A stretch of DNA of 64,000 nt. It comes from Patescibacteria group bacterium (GTDB lineage: Bacteria > Patescibacteriota > Minisyncoccia > Phycocordibacterales > Phycocordibacteraceae). The translations under genes and the position numbers were made by a program. The notes below the pieces were generated by a model that searched no databases, was not told the DNA's origin, and worked only from the letters and a program-made list of their open reading frames with translations. The DNA lies in the NCBI GenBank assembly GCA_018970465.1, contig JAGWWI010000001.1, positions 3,430 to 67,429 on the forward strand. The letters are read 5' to 3'. The number at the start of each line of letters is the position of its first letter. The first letter of the stretch is position 1. Of this stretch, positions 51,871-61,691 are shown piece after piece.

Positions 51871-53133
51871 TTAGCGCCACGCGCGCTTCTTGCCGAGCGC
51901 GATATCGGCCAGAGAGCGCATCACCCAGAGGGGCGCAATGAAGCCATAGGCGATCAGGTAGGCGAGGAGGCCCTGTACGAGCGAGCCGGGCGTCTCGGAG
52001 ACGCGCTTGCCGATCGCGATCATCGTCAGCGAGCCGATGATGGTCGCGACGCCGAGCAGGATGTAGAGCGAGGAGGGGAGGTAGAACCAGTCGAAGGTGC
52101 GGGAGAGCGCCGAGGCGTGCGGGAGCCAGGCGTAGGAGGCGGGGATGCCGCTCCGGATCTCGATCGCGGCGAAGGCCCGCCGCCCGAGGAGGAAGAGCGC
52201 AAGGAGGAACATCAAGGTGCCGCTCACGTAGGTCGTGAGGTTCAGCGGGAGGACGAGCATGCCGAGGGCGCCGTAGCGGCGATTCCCCACGAGGTCGCGG
52301 TATTCGCCGCCGACGTTCCGCATGAAGCCCGTCGTCCAGCGTACGCGCTGCTTGAGGAGCTTGCGCAAGGTCGGCGGGCCCTTGGTGTAGACCTTGGCGC
52401 GCGGGGCGTTCTCGAGCCAGTAGCCCGCGCGCTGGAGGCGGAGCGCCATCTCGAGGTCTTCGCCCTTGTGCGCCTCGCGGAATCCGCCAAGAGCGACGAT
52501 GATCTCCCGGCGGAAGAAGGAGAACGGGCCCGGCGTCACATAGAGCCCGTTCACCGAAGCGAGCGTGTGCCGGAGCGTGATGCCGAAGATGTACTCGGCG
52601 TTCTGCATGTGCCGCAGCAGATTGTCCGGCTTGTGGACCGACATCGCGGCCGTCACCGCCGCCACCTGCTCGCTCGTGAAGCCGCTCATCACCTCGAGGA
52701 GGGCGCTCGGCTCGACGAAGGAGTCGGCGTCGAGGTACCCGACGATCTCTGCCGAGGTCAGCGCCGTGCCGGCATTCATCGCGGTGTGTTTGCCGCCGTT
52801 CTCTTTGCGGACGATCTGCACCTGCGCATTGTCCGCGAAGCGCGCCATCGCGGCGGGGGTGCCGTCGGTCGAGCCGTCGTCGACGAGGATGATCTCGAGC
52901 TTCTCCTTGGGATACTTGAGCGCGAGGAGCGACTCGACGGTGCCGGCGACCGTCGTCTCTTCGTTCCAGCAGGGGACGACGATCGCGACCGTGGGGAGGC
53001 TCGGGTCCTCGATCGAGGCAGCCTGCCGGGCGCGCGCGGAGCGCGCTGGCTTCGAGAGGAAGGTCACGAGGACGAAGCTCTCGAAGAAGAGCGCGATGAA
53101 GAGGAAGGGGTAGGCGAGGGCCTCCGGATTCAT
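51871..53133 (-). CDS. Family 2 glycosyltransferase (processive beta-glycan/PNAG-type synthase, PgaC/NodC/cellulose-synthase-like).
   Basis: VVPCWNEE, DXD region ILVDDGSTDGT, YLDADS, and the Q(R/Q)xRW motif KQRVRWTTG. Several C-terminal TM helices. Confidence 0.88.
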   Translation of the reverse strand: MNPEALAYPFLFIALFFESFVLVTFLSKPARSARARQAASIEDPSLPTVAIVVPCWNEETTVAGTVESLLALKYPKEKLEIILVDDGSTDGTPAAMARFADNAQVQIVRKENGGKHTAMNAGTALTSAEIVGYLDADSFVEPSALLEVMSGFTSEQVAAVTAAMSVHKPDNLLRHMQNAEYIFGITLRHTLASVNGLYVTPGPFSFFRREIIVALGGFREAHKGEDLEMALRLQRAGYWLENAPRAKVYTKGPPTLRKLLKQRVRWTTGFMRNVGGEYRDLVGNRRYGALGMLVLPLNLTTYVSGTLMFLLALFLLGRRAFAAIEIRSGIPASYAWLPHASALSRTFDWFYLPSSLYILLGVATIIGSLTMIAIGKRVSETPGSLVQGLLAYLIAYGFIAPLWVMRSLADIALGKKRAWR

Positions 53134-53170
53134 GGCGCAGACTATACCATTTTGCTATGCTGAATGCGAC

Positions 53171-53935
53171 ATGAACGAGGCGGCCAAACCGACAGGGCGT
53201 CTGCACCCGATGACGGTCGCGATCCGCGACATTGCCGCCATCTTCGGCCGCATGGGCTTCGGCGTCGCCTATGGCCCTGAGCTCGAGGACGACTGGCACA
53301 ACTTCACCGCGCTCAATGTCCCCGAGGATCACCCCGCGCGCGACATGCAAGACACCTTCTGGACGGACGAGCGGCCGCCCCGGGTGCCGCGTACGCATAT
53401 GACCGCGGTCACCGCGCGCGAGCTCGAGCGTATGGCGCGCGAAGGGCTCGAGGAGCTCCGCATGATCGCGCCGGGCAAGGTCTTCCGCAACGAGGCGACC
53501 GACGTGACGCACGAGGCGCAGTTCTTCCAGCTCGACGGGTTCGCGGTCGGCCCCACGGGCGCGGTGACGCTCGCGCACCTCAAAGACACGCTCGAGCGCT
53601 TCTATCGCGAATATCTCGGGCCGCAGTCGAAGGTGCGCTTCCGGCCCTCCTTCTTCGGCTTCACCGAGCCCTCGGTCGAGGTGGATGCGTGGTACGAGGC
53701 GCCGGGCAAGGAGGGCCGCTGGCTCGAGATGAATGGCGGCGGCATGCTCCACCCGAAGGTGATCGCCGACGCCGGGCTCGACCCGGAGCAGGTTGCCGGG
53801 TTCGCCTTCGGCGGCGGCATCGAGCGGATGATCATGGTGAAGTACGGCATCCCGGACGTGCGGCTCTTCCACAACGGCGATGCGCGGTTCGTCTATGCCT
53901 TCGACGCCCAATCTATGGATGTCGGACGTCCATAA
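53171..53935 (+). CDS. pheS: Phenylalanine--tRNA ligase alpha subunit (short form lacking the N-terminal extension).
   Basis: Class II motifs: FRNEATDVTHEAQFFQLDG (motif 2) and GFAFGGGIERMIMVKYGIPDVRLF (motif 3). The start is an internal ATG of track ORF 53132..53935, avoiding 5' overlap with the divergent GT2 gene. Confidence 0.88.
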   Translation: MNEAAKPTGRLHPMTVAIRDIAAIFGRMGFGVAYGPELEDDWHNFTALNVPEDHPARDMQDTFWTDERPPRVPRTHMTAVTARELERMAREGLEELRMIAPGKVFRNEATDVTHEAQFFQLDGFAVGPTGAVTLAHLKDTLERFYREYLGPQSKVRFRPSFFGFTEPSVEVDAWYEAPGKEGRWLEMNGGGMLHPKVIADAGLDPEQVAGFAFGGGIERMIMVKYGIPDVRLFHNGDARFVYAFDAQSMDVGRP

Positions 53936-53938
53936 TCT

Positions 53939-55750
53939 ATGAAAGCTTCGCGCAAATGGCTGCAGAAATATTTTGACGATGCGCTGCCGGAGGGGCAGGC
54001 ACTCGCCGACGCGTTCACCTTCCACTCGTTCGAGGTGGAGGAGATGGTGGGCGACCTTATCGACCTCAAGGTCTTGCCCGACCGCGCGGGCTACGCGCTC
54101 TCGCATCGCGGCGTCGCCTCGGAGCTCGCAGCCGCACTCGATCGGCCCCTGCGGCACGACCCCTTGCGCGAGCCGCTCCCAAGTCGGGACGTCGTACGTC
54201 CCGACATGCTTGCGGTCGAGATCGAGGAGCCGGAGAAGTGCGCGCGGTACATGGCCGCCCTCGTGAAGGGTGTGAAGGTCGGACCTTCACCAGACTGGCT
54301 TCGTGCGGCGCTCGAGAGTGTCGGCCAGCGCTCGATCAACAACGTCGTCGACGCGACCAACTACGTGATGCTCGACATCGGGCAACCCTTGCACGCGTTT
54401 GACGCGAAGAAACTGGTAGAGAAAGACGGGAAGTATGCGATCGGCGTGCGTGCCGCGAAGGCGGGCGAGCAGATCACGACTCTTACCGGCGACGAATACG
54501 CGCTCACGCCCGAGCGCACGGTCATCGCGGACATGCACGCCGGCCGGGCGCTCGCGATCGCGGGGGTGAAGGGCGGCAAGGCTGCGGAGGTCGATGCGGA
54601 GACGACGGACATCATCGTCGAATCGGCGAACTTCGACGGCACCTCGGTGCGCTGGACGGCGCAGGCGCTCCGACTCCACACCGAGGCCTCCGCGCGCTTC
54701 CAGAATCATCCGTCGCCCGAGCTCGCGGCGTATGGCATGCACGACGTGCTGAAACTGATTGCCGAGGTTGCGGGCGGCGAAGTCGCGGGCGTGGTCGATG
54801 CATACCCCGGCAAGCCCGCGCCGCGACAGGTATCGACCACACTCGCGCGCGTGAGCGGCCTTCTCGGCTCGCGGTTCGCGGCGGCGCAAGTCGAAGACGT
54901 CTGGCGGCGGCTCGCGCTCCCGTATGAGCGCGCGGGCGAAGGCGGCTGGACGATCACGCCGCCCTTCGAGCGCACCGACCTCGTGATCCCGGAGGACCTC
55001 GCCGAGGAGGTCGGGCGCGTGCTGGGCTACGACACAATCGACCCCGTCGAGCTCCCGCCGCCTGCGGGCGAGCCGGATCAGAATCGCTTCAGGGGCATCG
55101 AACGGATGAAGGATCAGCTCGTCGAACAGGGCTTCACCGAGGTCTCGACGCAGTCGTTCGTCAAGAAGGGCGACATCAGGCTCGCGAACCCGCTCGACAA
55201 GACGCGCCCCGTGCTCCGCATCTCGCTCGAAGAGACGCTCGGTGAAGCGCTGAAGAAGGCGAAGCAGTATGCACCTCTCTTCCTCCCGCCAGGCGAGAAG
55301 CCGAGGCTCTTCGAGGTCGGCTCCGTCTTCCCGATGCTTGGCGAATACCTCGAGCTCCGCATGACCGAAGCGGCACGGGAAGGGGTCCCGACGCACGACA
55401 ACCTCACCGTCGCGAAGCTCGAGGACTACGGCGCAGGTTACGACCCGAAGCGGTACGAGCTTTCCGAATATCACCCATTTTCGCAGTATCCCTTCGTCCT
55501 GCGCGACATCGCTGCCTGGAGCCCGGCAGGGCAGGACGCCGATTCGACGATCGCGTTGATCCAAAAAGAAGCGGGCGAACTCCTCCGTCGCATCGACCTC
55601 TTCGATTCTTTCACGAAAGGCGAGCGCACCTCCTACGCCTTCCGCCTCGTGTTCGAATCCATGGACCGCACCCTCACCGACGAAGAGGTGAACGGCGTCA
55701 TGGAGCGCGTCGCAATAGCCCTCGGGGCCAAGGGCTACGAGATCCGCTAA
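53939..55750 (+). CDS. pheT: Phenylalanine--tRNA ligase beta subunit (short, about 600 aa form without the N-terminal tRNA-binding domain).
   Basis: B3/4 region NNVVDATNYVMLDIGQPLHAFDAKKL, B5 region and C-terminal FDX-ACB-like LFDSFTKGERTSYAFRLVFESMDRTLTDEEVN. Directly follows pheS. Confidence 0.88.
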   Translation: MKASRKWLQKYFDDALPEGQALADAFTFHSFEVEEMVGDLIDLKVLPDRAGYALSHRGVASELAAALDRPLRHDPLREPLPSRDVVRPDMLAVEIEEPEKCARYMAALVKGVKVGPSPDWLRAALESVGQRSINNVVDATNYVMLDIGQPLHAFDAKKLVEKDGKYAIGVRAAKAGEQITTLTGDEYALTPERTVIADMHAGRALAIAGVKGGKAAEVDAETTDIIVESANFDGTSVRWTAQALRLHTEASARFQNHPSPELAAYGMHDVLKLIAEVAGGEVAGVVDAYPGKPAPRQVSTTLARVSGLLGSRFAAAQVEDVWRRLALPYERAGEGGWTITPPFERTDLVIPEDLAEEVGRVLGYDTIDPVELPPPAGEPDQNRFRGIERMKDQLVEQGFTEVSTQSFVKKGDIRLANPLDKTRPVLRISLEETLGEALKKAKQYAPLFLPPGEKPRLFEVGSVFPMLGEYLELRMTEAAREGVPTHDNLTVAKLEDYGAGYDPKRYELSEYHPFSQYPFVLRDIAAWSPAGQDADSTIALIQKEAGELLRRIDLFDSFTKGERTSYAFRLVFESMDRTLTDEEVNGVMERVAIALGAKGYEIR

Positions 55751-55767
55751 GTAGGGGCCGCGGCCGC

Positions 55768-56295
55768 CTACCGCTCGGAAAATTCCCAGCGGTCACCCGC
55801 CCGGGCGAGGCGTGCTATAGCGCTGCCTCCCGAGCCCTGCTCGAGGGACTCGATCACGTCCGCGCGCGCGGCGTCGACGCCGGCGAGGATGAGGTGCCAG
55901 TCGGCCTGCCCGGCGAGCGCCGCGGCGGACGCAGGGCTCGCGAGATCCGGGACGACGAGCGCATACGGGTCCTGGCGGATGGCGAGGCGGAGCGCGGCAG
56001 AGAGGGCCTCATCTCCCGCACTCGGGTCAACCGGATACAAGAGCGCGCCCGCGACCGGCTCGCGCTCCGCGGCGTCGAGGATACAGACCGGGACCGCGGC
56101 CGCGTGCAGAGCGCCCTGGCCCGAGCGAGGCCCGACCCGCTCGACGAGCGCGCGGGCGAGCGCGTACATGAGGCTCGTGCGCTCCTCGGGCACCGCGCTC
56201 GTCACGATCACGACCCCGGTGCCGGTGTCGAGGCGGCGGAGCACCGCTCCGGCTGCCTCCGGGCCCATGAATGTCGCGAGCGTTTCGTCCGTCAT
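55768..56295 (-). CDS. Hypothetical protein (175 aa from an internal ATG).
   Basis: Genome-typical codon usage; no recognisable motif. The N-terminal extent is uncertain (track ORF 55768..56346). Confidence 0.4.
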   Translation of the reverse strand: MTDETLATFMGPEAAGAVLRRLDTGTGVVIVTSAVPEERTSLMYALARALVERVGPRSGQGALHAAAVPVCILDAAEREPVAGALLYPVDPSAGDEALSAALRLAIRQDPYALVVPDLASPASAAALAGQADWHLILAGVDAARADVIESLEQGSGGSAIARLARAGDRWEFSER

Positions 56296-56385
56296 GGGGC
56301 CAGCATACCATGGCGGAGCATCGCTCGATCTGTTGCTGACGGACAAGAAACGGAACCGGCGCGCCAGAGGCGCGCCGGGTGCGGG

Positions 56386-56865
56386 CTAGGGCGGAACATG
56401 TGTGGGTGGGACCTGCCGGACGGCCTTGAGAAGCTCGCCGACTTTGCCGGCCCGCTTGGCATCCCAGTCGAACCCGGGCTGACGACCAGCGATGAGCATC
56501 ATCTGCTCGACCTTCACAAAGACCCTGGGGTTCCGCAGGTGTCGGTTCGCCATCGCGATCAGCTGCGGTACGGCTTCTGGCGATGCGTCGAAATCTATGG
56601 CCGCGAGCGTGTCGTTCAGTGCGGAACGAGCGCTCCAAATGAGCTGGATATCCGCCTTGAGTTTGGGGAACGGATATTCCTCTTCGGAGCGGAGCATTTC
56701 GCTCCCCCAGCTCGGTTGAAGATACATATCGTGACTAAACCCGCGGCCGATCCTCACTAGGCGGCCTCTGTATGCGTACGAGTACGATCGCGAGCCGTCG
56801 GCGTGCTTGACGGTGATGATGGCCCGCTTGAGCTGCGGACTTACTTCCGCGATGACCTGCGCCAT
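56386..56865 (-). CDS. Hypothetical protein (159 aa).
   Basis: Clean ORF upstream of the divergent gyrB promoter region; no recognised motif. Confidence 0.4.
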   Translation of the reverse strand: MAQVIAEVSPQLKRAIITVKHADGSRSYSYAYRGRLVRIGRGFSHDMYLQPSWGSEMLRSEEEYPFPKLKADIQLIWSARSALNDTLAAIDFDASPEAVPQLIAMANRHLRNPRVFVKVEQMMLIAGRQPGFDWDAKRAGKVGELLKAVRQVPPTHVPP

Positions 56866-56930
56866 GGCTTTCTCCTGGTTGCGTCTAGAGACAGTATGAC
56901 CCATTTTGCGAGAAATACAACCGTCTCTGC

Positions 56931-56959
56931 TTCAGAATTGCCTCGATCCGTGCTATACT
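56931..56959 (+). promoter_or_regulatory. Sigma70-like promoter for gyrB (TTCAGA-17-TATACT).
   Basis: AT-rich divergent intergenic region. The -10 TATACT is at 56954..56959, 14 nt upstream of the gyrB ATG. Confidence 0.4.
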
Positions 56960-56972
56960 TTTTGTATCGAAT

Positions 56973-59051
56973 ATGGCCAAAGCAGCTGAAAAAGAGCCCA
57001 AGAAAAGCGCCTACGACGCCTCCTCGATCACCGTTCTTGAGGGCCTCGAGCCGGTCCGGAAGCGTCCGGGGATGTACATCGGGACCACGGGCCCCGAGGG
57101 ATTGCATCACCTCATCTGGGAAATTTTCGACAACGCGCGCGACGAGGCGATGGCTGGCCGCTGCGACGATATCGAGGTCGCTCTGCTCCCCGGCGGTTGG
57201 GTGCGCGTCGCCGATAACGGCAACGGCATCCCGGTCGGCATCCACCCCAAGACGAAGGTCTCTGCGCTCGAGACGATCATGACCACGCTCCATGCGGGCG
57301 GCAAGTTCGACAACAATGCGTACAAAGTCTCGGGCGGCCTCCACGGCGTGGGCGCCTCGGTCGTGAACGCCTTGTCGGAGGAGGCGAAGGTCGTCGTCCA
57401 TCAGGACGGCGGCATGCACCTCCAGGAGTACAAGATCGGCGTCCCGAGGGCGAAGGTGAAGAAGATCGGCACGACGAAGGAGCACGGCACGATCGTCCTC
57501 TTCAAGCCTGACGTGACGATCTTCAAGGAGGGGATCGAATGGGAGTGGGGGAAGATCGTCGCGCACCTCCGGCAGCAGGCCTACCTCGTGAAGGCGGTGC
57601 GGATCGCGGTCGTCGACGCGCGGGAGCAGGAGGACGCGTTCGAGACGGAGACCTTGTTCCTCCGCGATATGCAGGTCGAAGCGCCCTCGATGACCTTCTA
57701 TTTCGAAGGCGGGCTCGCTTCGCTTATCGCCTTCTACAACGCGCATCAGGAGCCGGTCCACAAGAATATCTTTTATGTAGACAAAGAGCAGGACGGGGTG
57801 ATGGTCGAAGTGGCGCTCCAGTATGTCGACGACATCACCTCCCGCATCACCGCCTTCGCGAACAATACCTACAACAGCGACGGCGGCACGCACGTGACCG
57901 GATTCAAGACGGCGCTCACGCGTACGCTGAACAGCTACGGCCGCGCGGCGAACCTGCTCAAAGAGAAGGACGAGAACTTCACGGGCGACGATGTGCTCGA
58001 GGGCCTGACGGCGGTCGTCTCGGTGAAGCTGCCCGAGATCCAGTTCGAGGGCCAGACGAAGGCGAAGCTCGGGTCGACGGAGGCGACCGGCGCGGTCGCG
58101 AGCGTATTCGGCGAGGCGTTCAGCGCGTTCCTCGAGGAGCACCCTGACGACGCACGCGCGATCATCAACAAAGTCACCCTCGCCTTGAAGGCGCGCAAGG
58201 CCGCGAAGGCCGCGAAGGATTCCGTGCTGCGCAAGGGGGCGCTCGAGGGTATGACCTTGCCCGGCAAGCTCGCGGACTGCCAGGTCAAGAGCGCGGAGGA
58301 GGCCGAGCTCTTCATCGTCGAGGGCGAGTCGGCCGGCGGCTCCTCGAAGCAGGGCCGCGACCGCCGCACGCAGGCGATCCTCCCGTTGAAGGGCAAGATC
58401 CTGAACGTTGAGCGCGCGCGCATCGACCGAATGCTCGCCTCGGTCGAGATCCGCGCGCTGGTCGTCGCGATGGGTACCGCCATAGGCGACGTCTTCGACC
58501 TCGCCAAACTCCGCTACCACAAGATCATCATCGCGACCGACGCCGACGTCGACGGCGCGCATATCCGCACGCTCCTCCTCACCTTGCTCTATCGCCACTT
58601 CCGCCCCGTGATCGAAGGCGGGTTCGTCTATATCGCGCAGCCGCCCTTGTACAAGATTTCGAAGGGCAAGCAGGTCGCCTACGCCTACTCCGAACCGGAG
58701 AAGGATGCGACCTTGAAGGCGATGGGCGTCGCGCCCGAGGAGATCGCGGAGGTGACGGAGGCCGAAGGCGAAGCCGAAGGTCCCGAGCAGAGCGAGGGAG
58801 AAGAGGAGGCGACCGCCAAGAGCAAGAAGAGCCCCCGCGCGAACGTCCAGCGCTACAAGGGCTTGGGCGAGATGAACCCGACCGAGCTCTGGGAGACGAC
58901 CATGGACCCCGCTCGCCGCGTCTTGAAGCGCGTGCGGATCGAGGACGCCGAGTCGGCTGATCGCATCTTCGACATCCTCATGGGCACCGACGTTGCCTCG
59001 CGCAAGAGCTTTATCCAGTCGAACGCGAAATTGGCGACACTCGACGTATAA
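56973..59051 (+). CDS. gyrB: DNA gyrase subunit B.
   Basis: GHKL ATPase motifs EIFDNARDEA, DNGNGIPVG, GLHGVGASVVNALS. Toprim LFIVEGESAGGS and PLKGKILNVE. C-terminal QRYKGLGEMNP. Confidence 0.92.
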   Translation: MAKAAEKEPKKSAYDASSITVLEGLEPVRKRPGMYIGTTGPEGLHHLIWEIFDNARDEAMAGRCDDIEVALLPGGWVRVADNGNGIPVGIHPKTKVSALETIMTTLHAGGKFDNNAYKVSGGLHGVGASVVNALSEEAKVVVHQDGGMHLQEYKIGVPRAKVKKIGTTKEHGTIVLFKPDVTIFKEGIEWEWGKIVAHLRQQAYLVKAVRIAVVDAREQEDAFETETLFLRDMQVEAPSMTFYFEGGLASLIAFYNAHQEPVHKNIFYVDKEQDGVMVEVALQYVDDITSRITAFANNTYNSDGGTHVTGFKTALTRTLNSYGRAANLLKEKDENFTGDDVLEGLTAVVSVKLPEIQFEGQTKAKLGSTEATGAVASVFGEAFSAFLEEHPDDARAIINKVTLALKARKAAKAAKDSVLRKGALEGMTLPGKLADCQVKSAEEAELFIVEGESAGGSSKQGRDRRTQAILPLKGKILNVERARIDRMLASVEIRALVVAMGTAIGDVFDLAKLRYHKIIIATDADVDGAHIRTLLLTLLYRHFRPVIEGGFVYIAQPPLYKISKGKQVAYAYSEPEKDATLKAMGVAPEEIAEVTEAEGEAEGPEQSEGEEEATAKSKKSPRANVQRYKGLGEMNPTELWETTMDPARRVLKRVRIEDAESADRIFDILMGTDVASRKSFIQSNAKLATLDV

Positions 59052-59057
59052 ACGAGT

Positions 59058-59083
59058 GCGTCGCCGCCCGAAGGCGGCGACGC
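59058..59083. terminator. Bidirectional terminator hairpin between gyrB and the convergent protease gene.
   Basis: Perfect 11-bp stem gcgtcgccgcc / ggcggcgacgc with loop cgaa. Confidence 0.65.
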
Positions 59084-59091
59084 GAGGAATC

Positions 59092-59907
59092 TTACCTCAG
59101 TCTTGAGAGCTGATCCGTAATCTGAGGATGCACTCGCCGGCGAGCGCGGTACAGCTCGCTGGTCGGGATGCATACGGCCACGGACCCTTGGAGACCGGTG
59201 ACATGGCCTGTATTCATCCCGACAAGCCGCGCCTTGTCATCGATGATGGGGCTTCCAGAGTAACCCTCATCGCTCAGCATACGGAGAAGCCAACAGGGAA
59301 GCCATCCTTCGGCCCGGAGCGCCGTGAGGCGCTGGAAGTCTGGTTCAGGGAACTGCTTGATGGGCTCCCCGTTCTTATACAGGGCGCCCCATACGGCCTT
59401 CCGAACATTCGGGTGTTGCGCGCACAGGGTCGAGAGATGGCCGGTATCCGCATCCATGCGGTGCTGAAAACTGTAGAGCGTCTCATTGCGCACCTCCCGA
59501 TCGCGGTCGACGAGTCGCAACCTCGTGAACTGCGTCGCATCTGGGAGCCGAACGAATTGGAACGCCACATCACTTCCCTCGATCGGATCGTAGATGGGCG
59601 AGCCAAGCACCTCTCCGGGTATCGGTTCGGGAGGTGCCGGGAAGTTCACGAATGCGGAGGCACCCACACGCTTGCCCACTTCGAGCGTGTGGCGGCAGGC
59701 GATGAGGAGGGTAATGTTCGATTCGTATATCTCGATCAGGCTGCCCATGCCGAGCGAAATGTCTGTCGGGTTCTCTCTCTCACACCATCGGACCGATGGC
59801 GGACGGCCAGGGCGGCGACCGGCTGTGGCCGCTCGCGGAAGGCAGTTATCTCCGGTGACACCCCTCGAGGGTTCCCAAAGCGTGACGCATTCTGGGTAGA
59901 CAAGCAT
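59092..59907 (-). CDS. Trypsin-like (chymotrypsin-fold) serine peptidase-domain protein with no signal peptide, in a lower-GC island.
   Basis: GYSGSPIIDDKARLVGMNTGHV (GxSGSP catalytic Ser motif), and upstream His in ACRHTLEVGK. A strong SD AAAGGAGAAC lies immediately before the chosen ATG, which is internal to track ORF 59092..59955. Codon usage and GC differ from neighbours. Confidence 0.6.
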   Translation of the reverse strand: MLVYPECVTLWEPSRGVTGDNCLPRAATAGRRPGRPPSVRWCERENPTDISLGMGSLIEIYESNITLLIACRHTLEVGKRVGASAFVNFPAPPEPIPGEVLGSPIYDPIEGSDVAFQFVRLPDATQFTRLRLVDRDREVRNETLYSFQHRMDADTGHLSTLCAQHPNVRKAVWGALYKNGEPIKQFPEPDFQRLTALRAEGWLPCWLLRMLSDEGYSGSPIIDDKARLVGMNTGHVTGLQGSVAVCIPTSELYRARRRVHPQITDQLSRLR

Positions 59908-60018
59908 GTTCTCCTTTCGGAACGGTTCTACTCTGCAAGCACCGTACGACAACAACAGAGCAAAAGCTAGCGCGCCGCGGCCCGGAGGGCCGCGGCGCTT
60001 TTCTCTTATTCTTTGAAA

Positions 60019-60786
60019 TTACTGCACCGTAATCGTCGCCGAGGCGCTATTGTTCGACTCGTTCGACTCCCGGACCTTGTTGTCCGGGTCGGCAGTGACG
60101 GTGATCGCGTTGGTGCCTGTGCGCGGACGGCCCGTCGAGAGCCGGAGGTCGATCATGACCGGCTGATTCGGGTCGAGGGAGGCCATCGTCTCGGTGTCGG
60201 TCAGGTTCGCGTTCGATGCGGCCGGGACGCTCGCCTCGAGGCTCCAGGGGCCGGTCTGGTTGGTGCCGATATTCGTCACGAGGATCTCGGCGGCGAGCTC
60301 GTTCGAGCGGGAGATCGTCGAGGCGGGGACGAAGTTCCCGCTCGAGTCGACGTAGCCCACGTCGACGATCTTCACGATGAGATCGGGGAGGCCGGAGTAG
60401 CTCGCGCTCCCGGAGGGGTTCGGGATCTTGACTGCGCCCGGGACGGGATACGAGGTCGTCACGGTGCGGTAGTAGACGGGCGCTGGGCCGGCAGCCTTCT
60501 GCGGCGTCGAGGACGCAGCCGGGGTCGAGGAGGCCGCGGCGGGCGTCGACGTGGCCTCGGGGAAGGGGAGCGTGGTCGAGGCGGTCGGGACGACCGCGAG
60601 CCGCGAGGCCGGGCCTGGCGCGAAGAGGGAGCCCACGTAGTCGGCGGCCGCGCCGAGGCCGCCCGTGCCCGTCAGGGAGCGGGCGAGCCAGAGCGCGAGC
60701 CAGAGGCCCACGACGACAAGCGCCACGAAGCCGACGACAGCGAGCGCGGTGATGGATGCGTTCTTGGCGGGGGTATCGGGGTTCAT
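60019..60786 (-). CDS. Membrane-anchored CARDB-domain protein.
   Basis: N-terminal TM and a Pro/Ala/Thr linker. CARDB pattern LPDLIVKIVDVGYVDSSGNF...ILVTNIGTNQTGPWSLEASVP...DPDNKVRESNESNNSASATITV. Confidence 0.7.
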   Translation of the reverse strand: MNPDTPAKNASITALAVVGFVALVVVGLWLALWLARSLTGTGGLGAAADYVGSLFAPGPASRLAVVPTASTTLPFPEATSTPAAASSTPAASSTPQKAAGPAPVYYRTVTTSYPVPGAVKIPNPSGSASYSGLPDLIVKIVDVGYVDSSGNFVPASTISRSNELAAEILVTNIGTNQTGPWSLEASVPAASNANLTDTETMASLDPNQPVMIDLRLSTGRPRTGTNAITVTADPDNKVRESNESNNSASATITVQ

Positions 60787-60880
60787 GGGATGCGCTTCTG
60801 TTACCACTTGAGAAGATATCTGTCAAGCCTCGGCGCACTTGACATAAGGCTCTCTATGCTGTACTGATTGGTAAGACGAT

Positions 60881-61549
60881 ATGGGTGTCCTCGTGAACGG
60901 TATCCGCGCCAGTCGGCGCGCCTGGGGCCGGAAGTGGAGCTTCTCGGGGCTTTTCCTCGTGATCTTCGCCCTCATGGTGCTCCTCCTCGCGCGGCTCGAC
61001 CTCCTGCCCGACCCTCCGGCCGCTGCAGCCGATGGCGGAGCGGCGGCCGGGAGCGCCGCAGCGACCATCGCCGCGACCACGACCGCAGTCTCGCCGGCTG
61101 TGCCTGAAGCGCCGGTTAAGATCGAGATCGCGAAGATCGGCCTCTCGGCGACCATCGCCGACCCGGCGACGACCGACACGAACGTCCTCGACGCACTCCT
61201 CCTCAAAGGGGCGGTGCGGTACCCGACGTCGGCCAAGCTGAACGAGGACGGCAACGTGGTCATCTTCGGCCACTCGAGCTATCTGCCGATCGTCAAGAAC
61301 CAGGCGTACAAGACCTTTGACGGGATCCAGAAACTTTCGGCGGGCGACCTCATCACCGTGTATTCATCCGACGCCGCGTACACCTATGCGGTGCGCACCG
61401 TGGCCAAGGAGAAGGCGAGCAACGCGGCGATCCCGCTCGCGGTTGCCGGGCGTGTGCTCACGCTCTCGACCTGCAACTCCTTCGCGACGACGGACGACCG
61501 GTTCGTCGTGACCGCCGACTTTGTTGAAAGCCATCCGATCGGGGAGTAA
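60881..61549 (+). CDS. Sortase-family transpeptidase.
   Basis: N-terminal TM. Catalytic His in VIFGHSSY, TLxTC motif LTLSTCNSF, and a downstream conserved Arg (DRFVVTADF). Confidence 0.82.
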   Translation: MGVLVNGIRASRRAWGRKWSFSGLFLVIFALMVLLLARLDLLPDPPAAAADGGAAAGSAAATIAATTTAVSPAVPEAPVKIEIAKIGLSATIADPATTDTNVLDALLLKGAVRYPTSAKLNEDGNVVIFGHSSYLPIVKNQAYKTFDGIQKLSAGDLITVYSSDAAYTYAVRTVAKEKASNAAIPLAVAGRVLTLSTCNSFATTDDRFVVTADFVESHPIGE

Positions 61550-61691
61550 GCTCCCCGGCAGATGGCTCTCCGCAAGGGGATCTTGATGAAGATCTTCATG
61601 GAAGCCCGGGCCCCTGGTAGGCGCCGGTAAAGCTCGTTTCCTGCAACAATTCAACCCAAACCGCCCCGGACGGGGCTGAAAGGAGGGCGCT

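Noticed and set aside
51638-54157. 839-aa minus-strand ORF spanning the GT2 and pheS region.
   Set aside because: It lies in a different frame over the GT2 gene and antisense to pheS. The composition is Arg/Pro/Ala junk, and both real genes have diagnostic motifs.
56841-58598. 585-aa minus-strand ORF.
   Set aside because: Antisense to gyrB.
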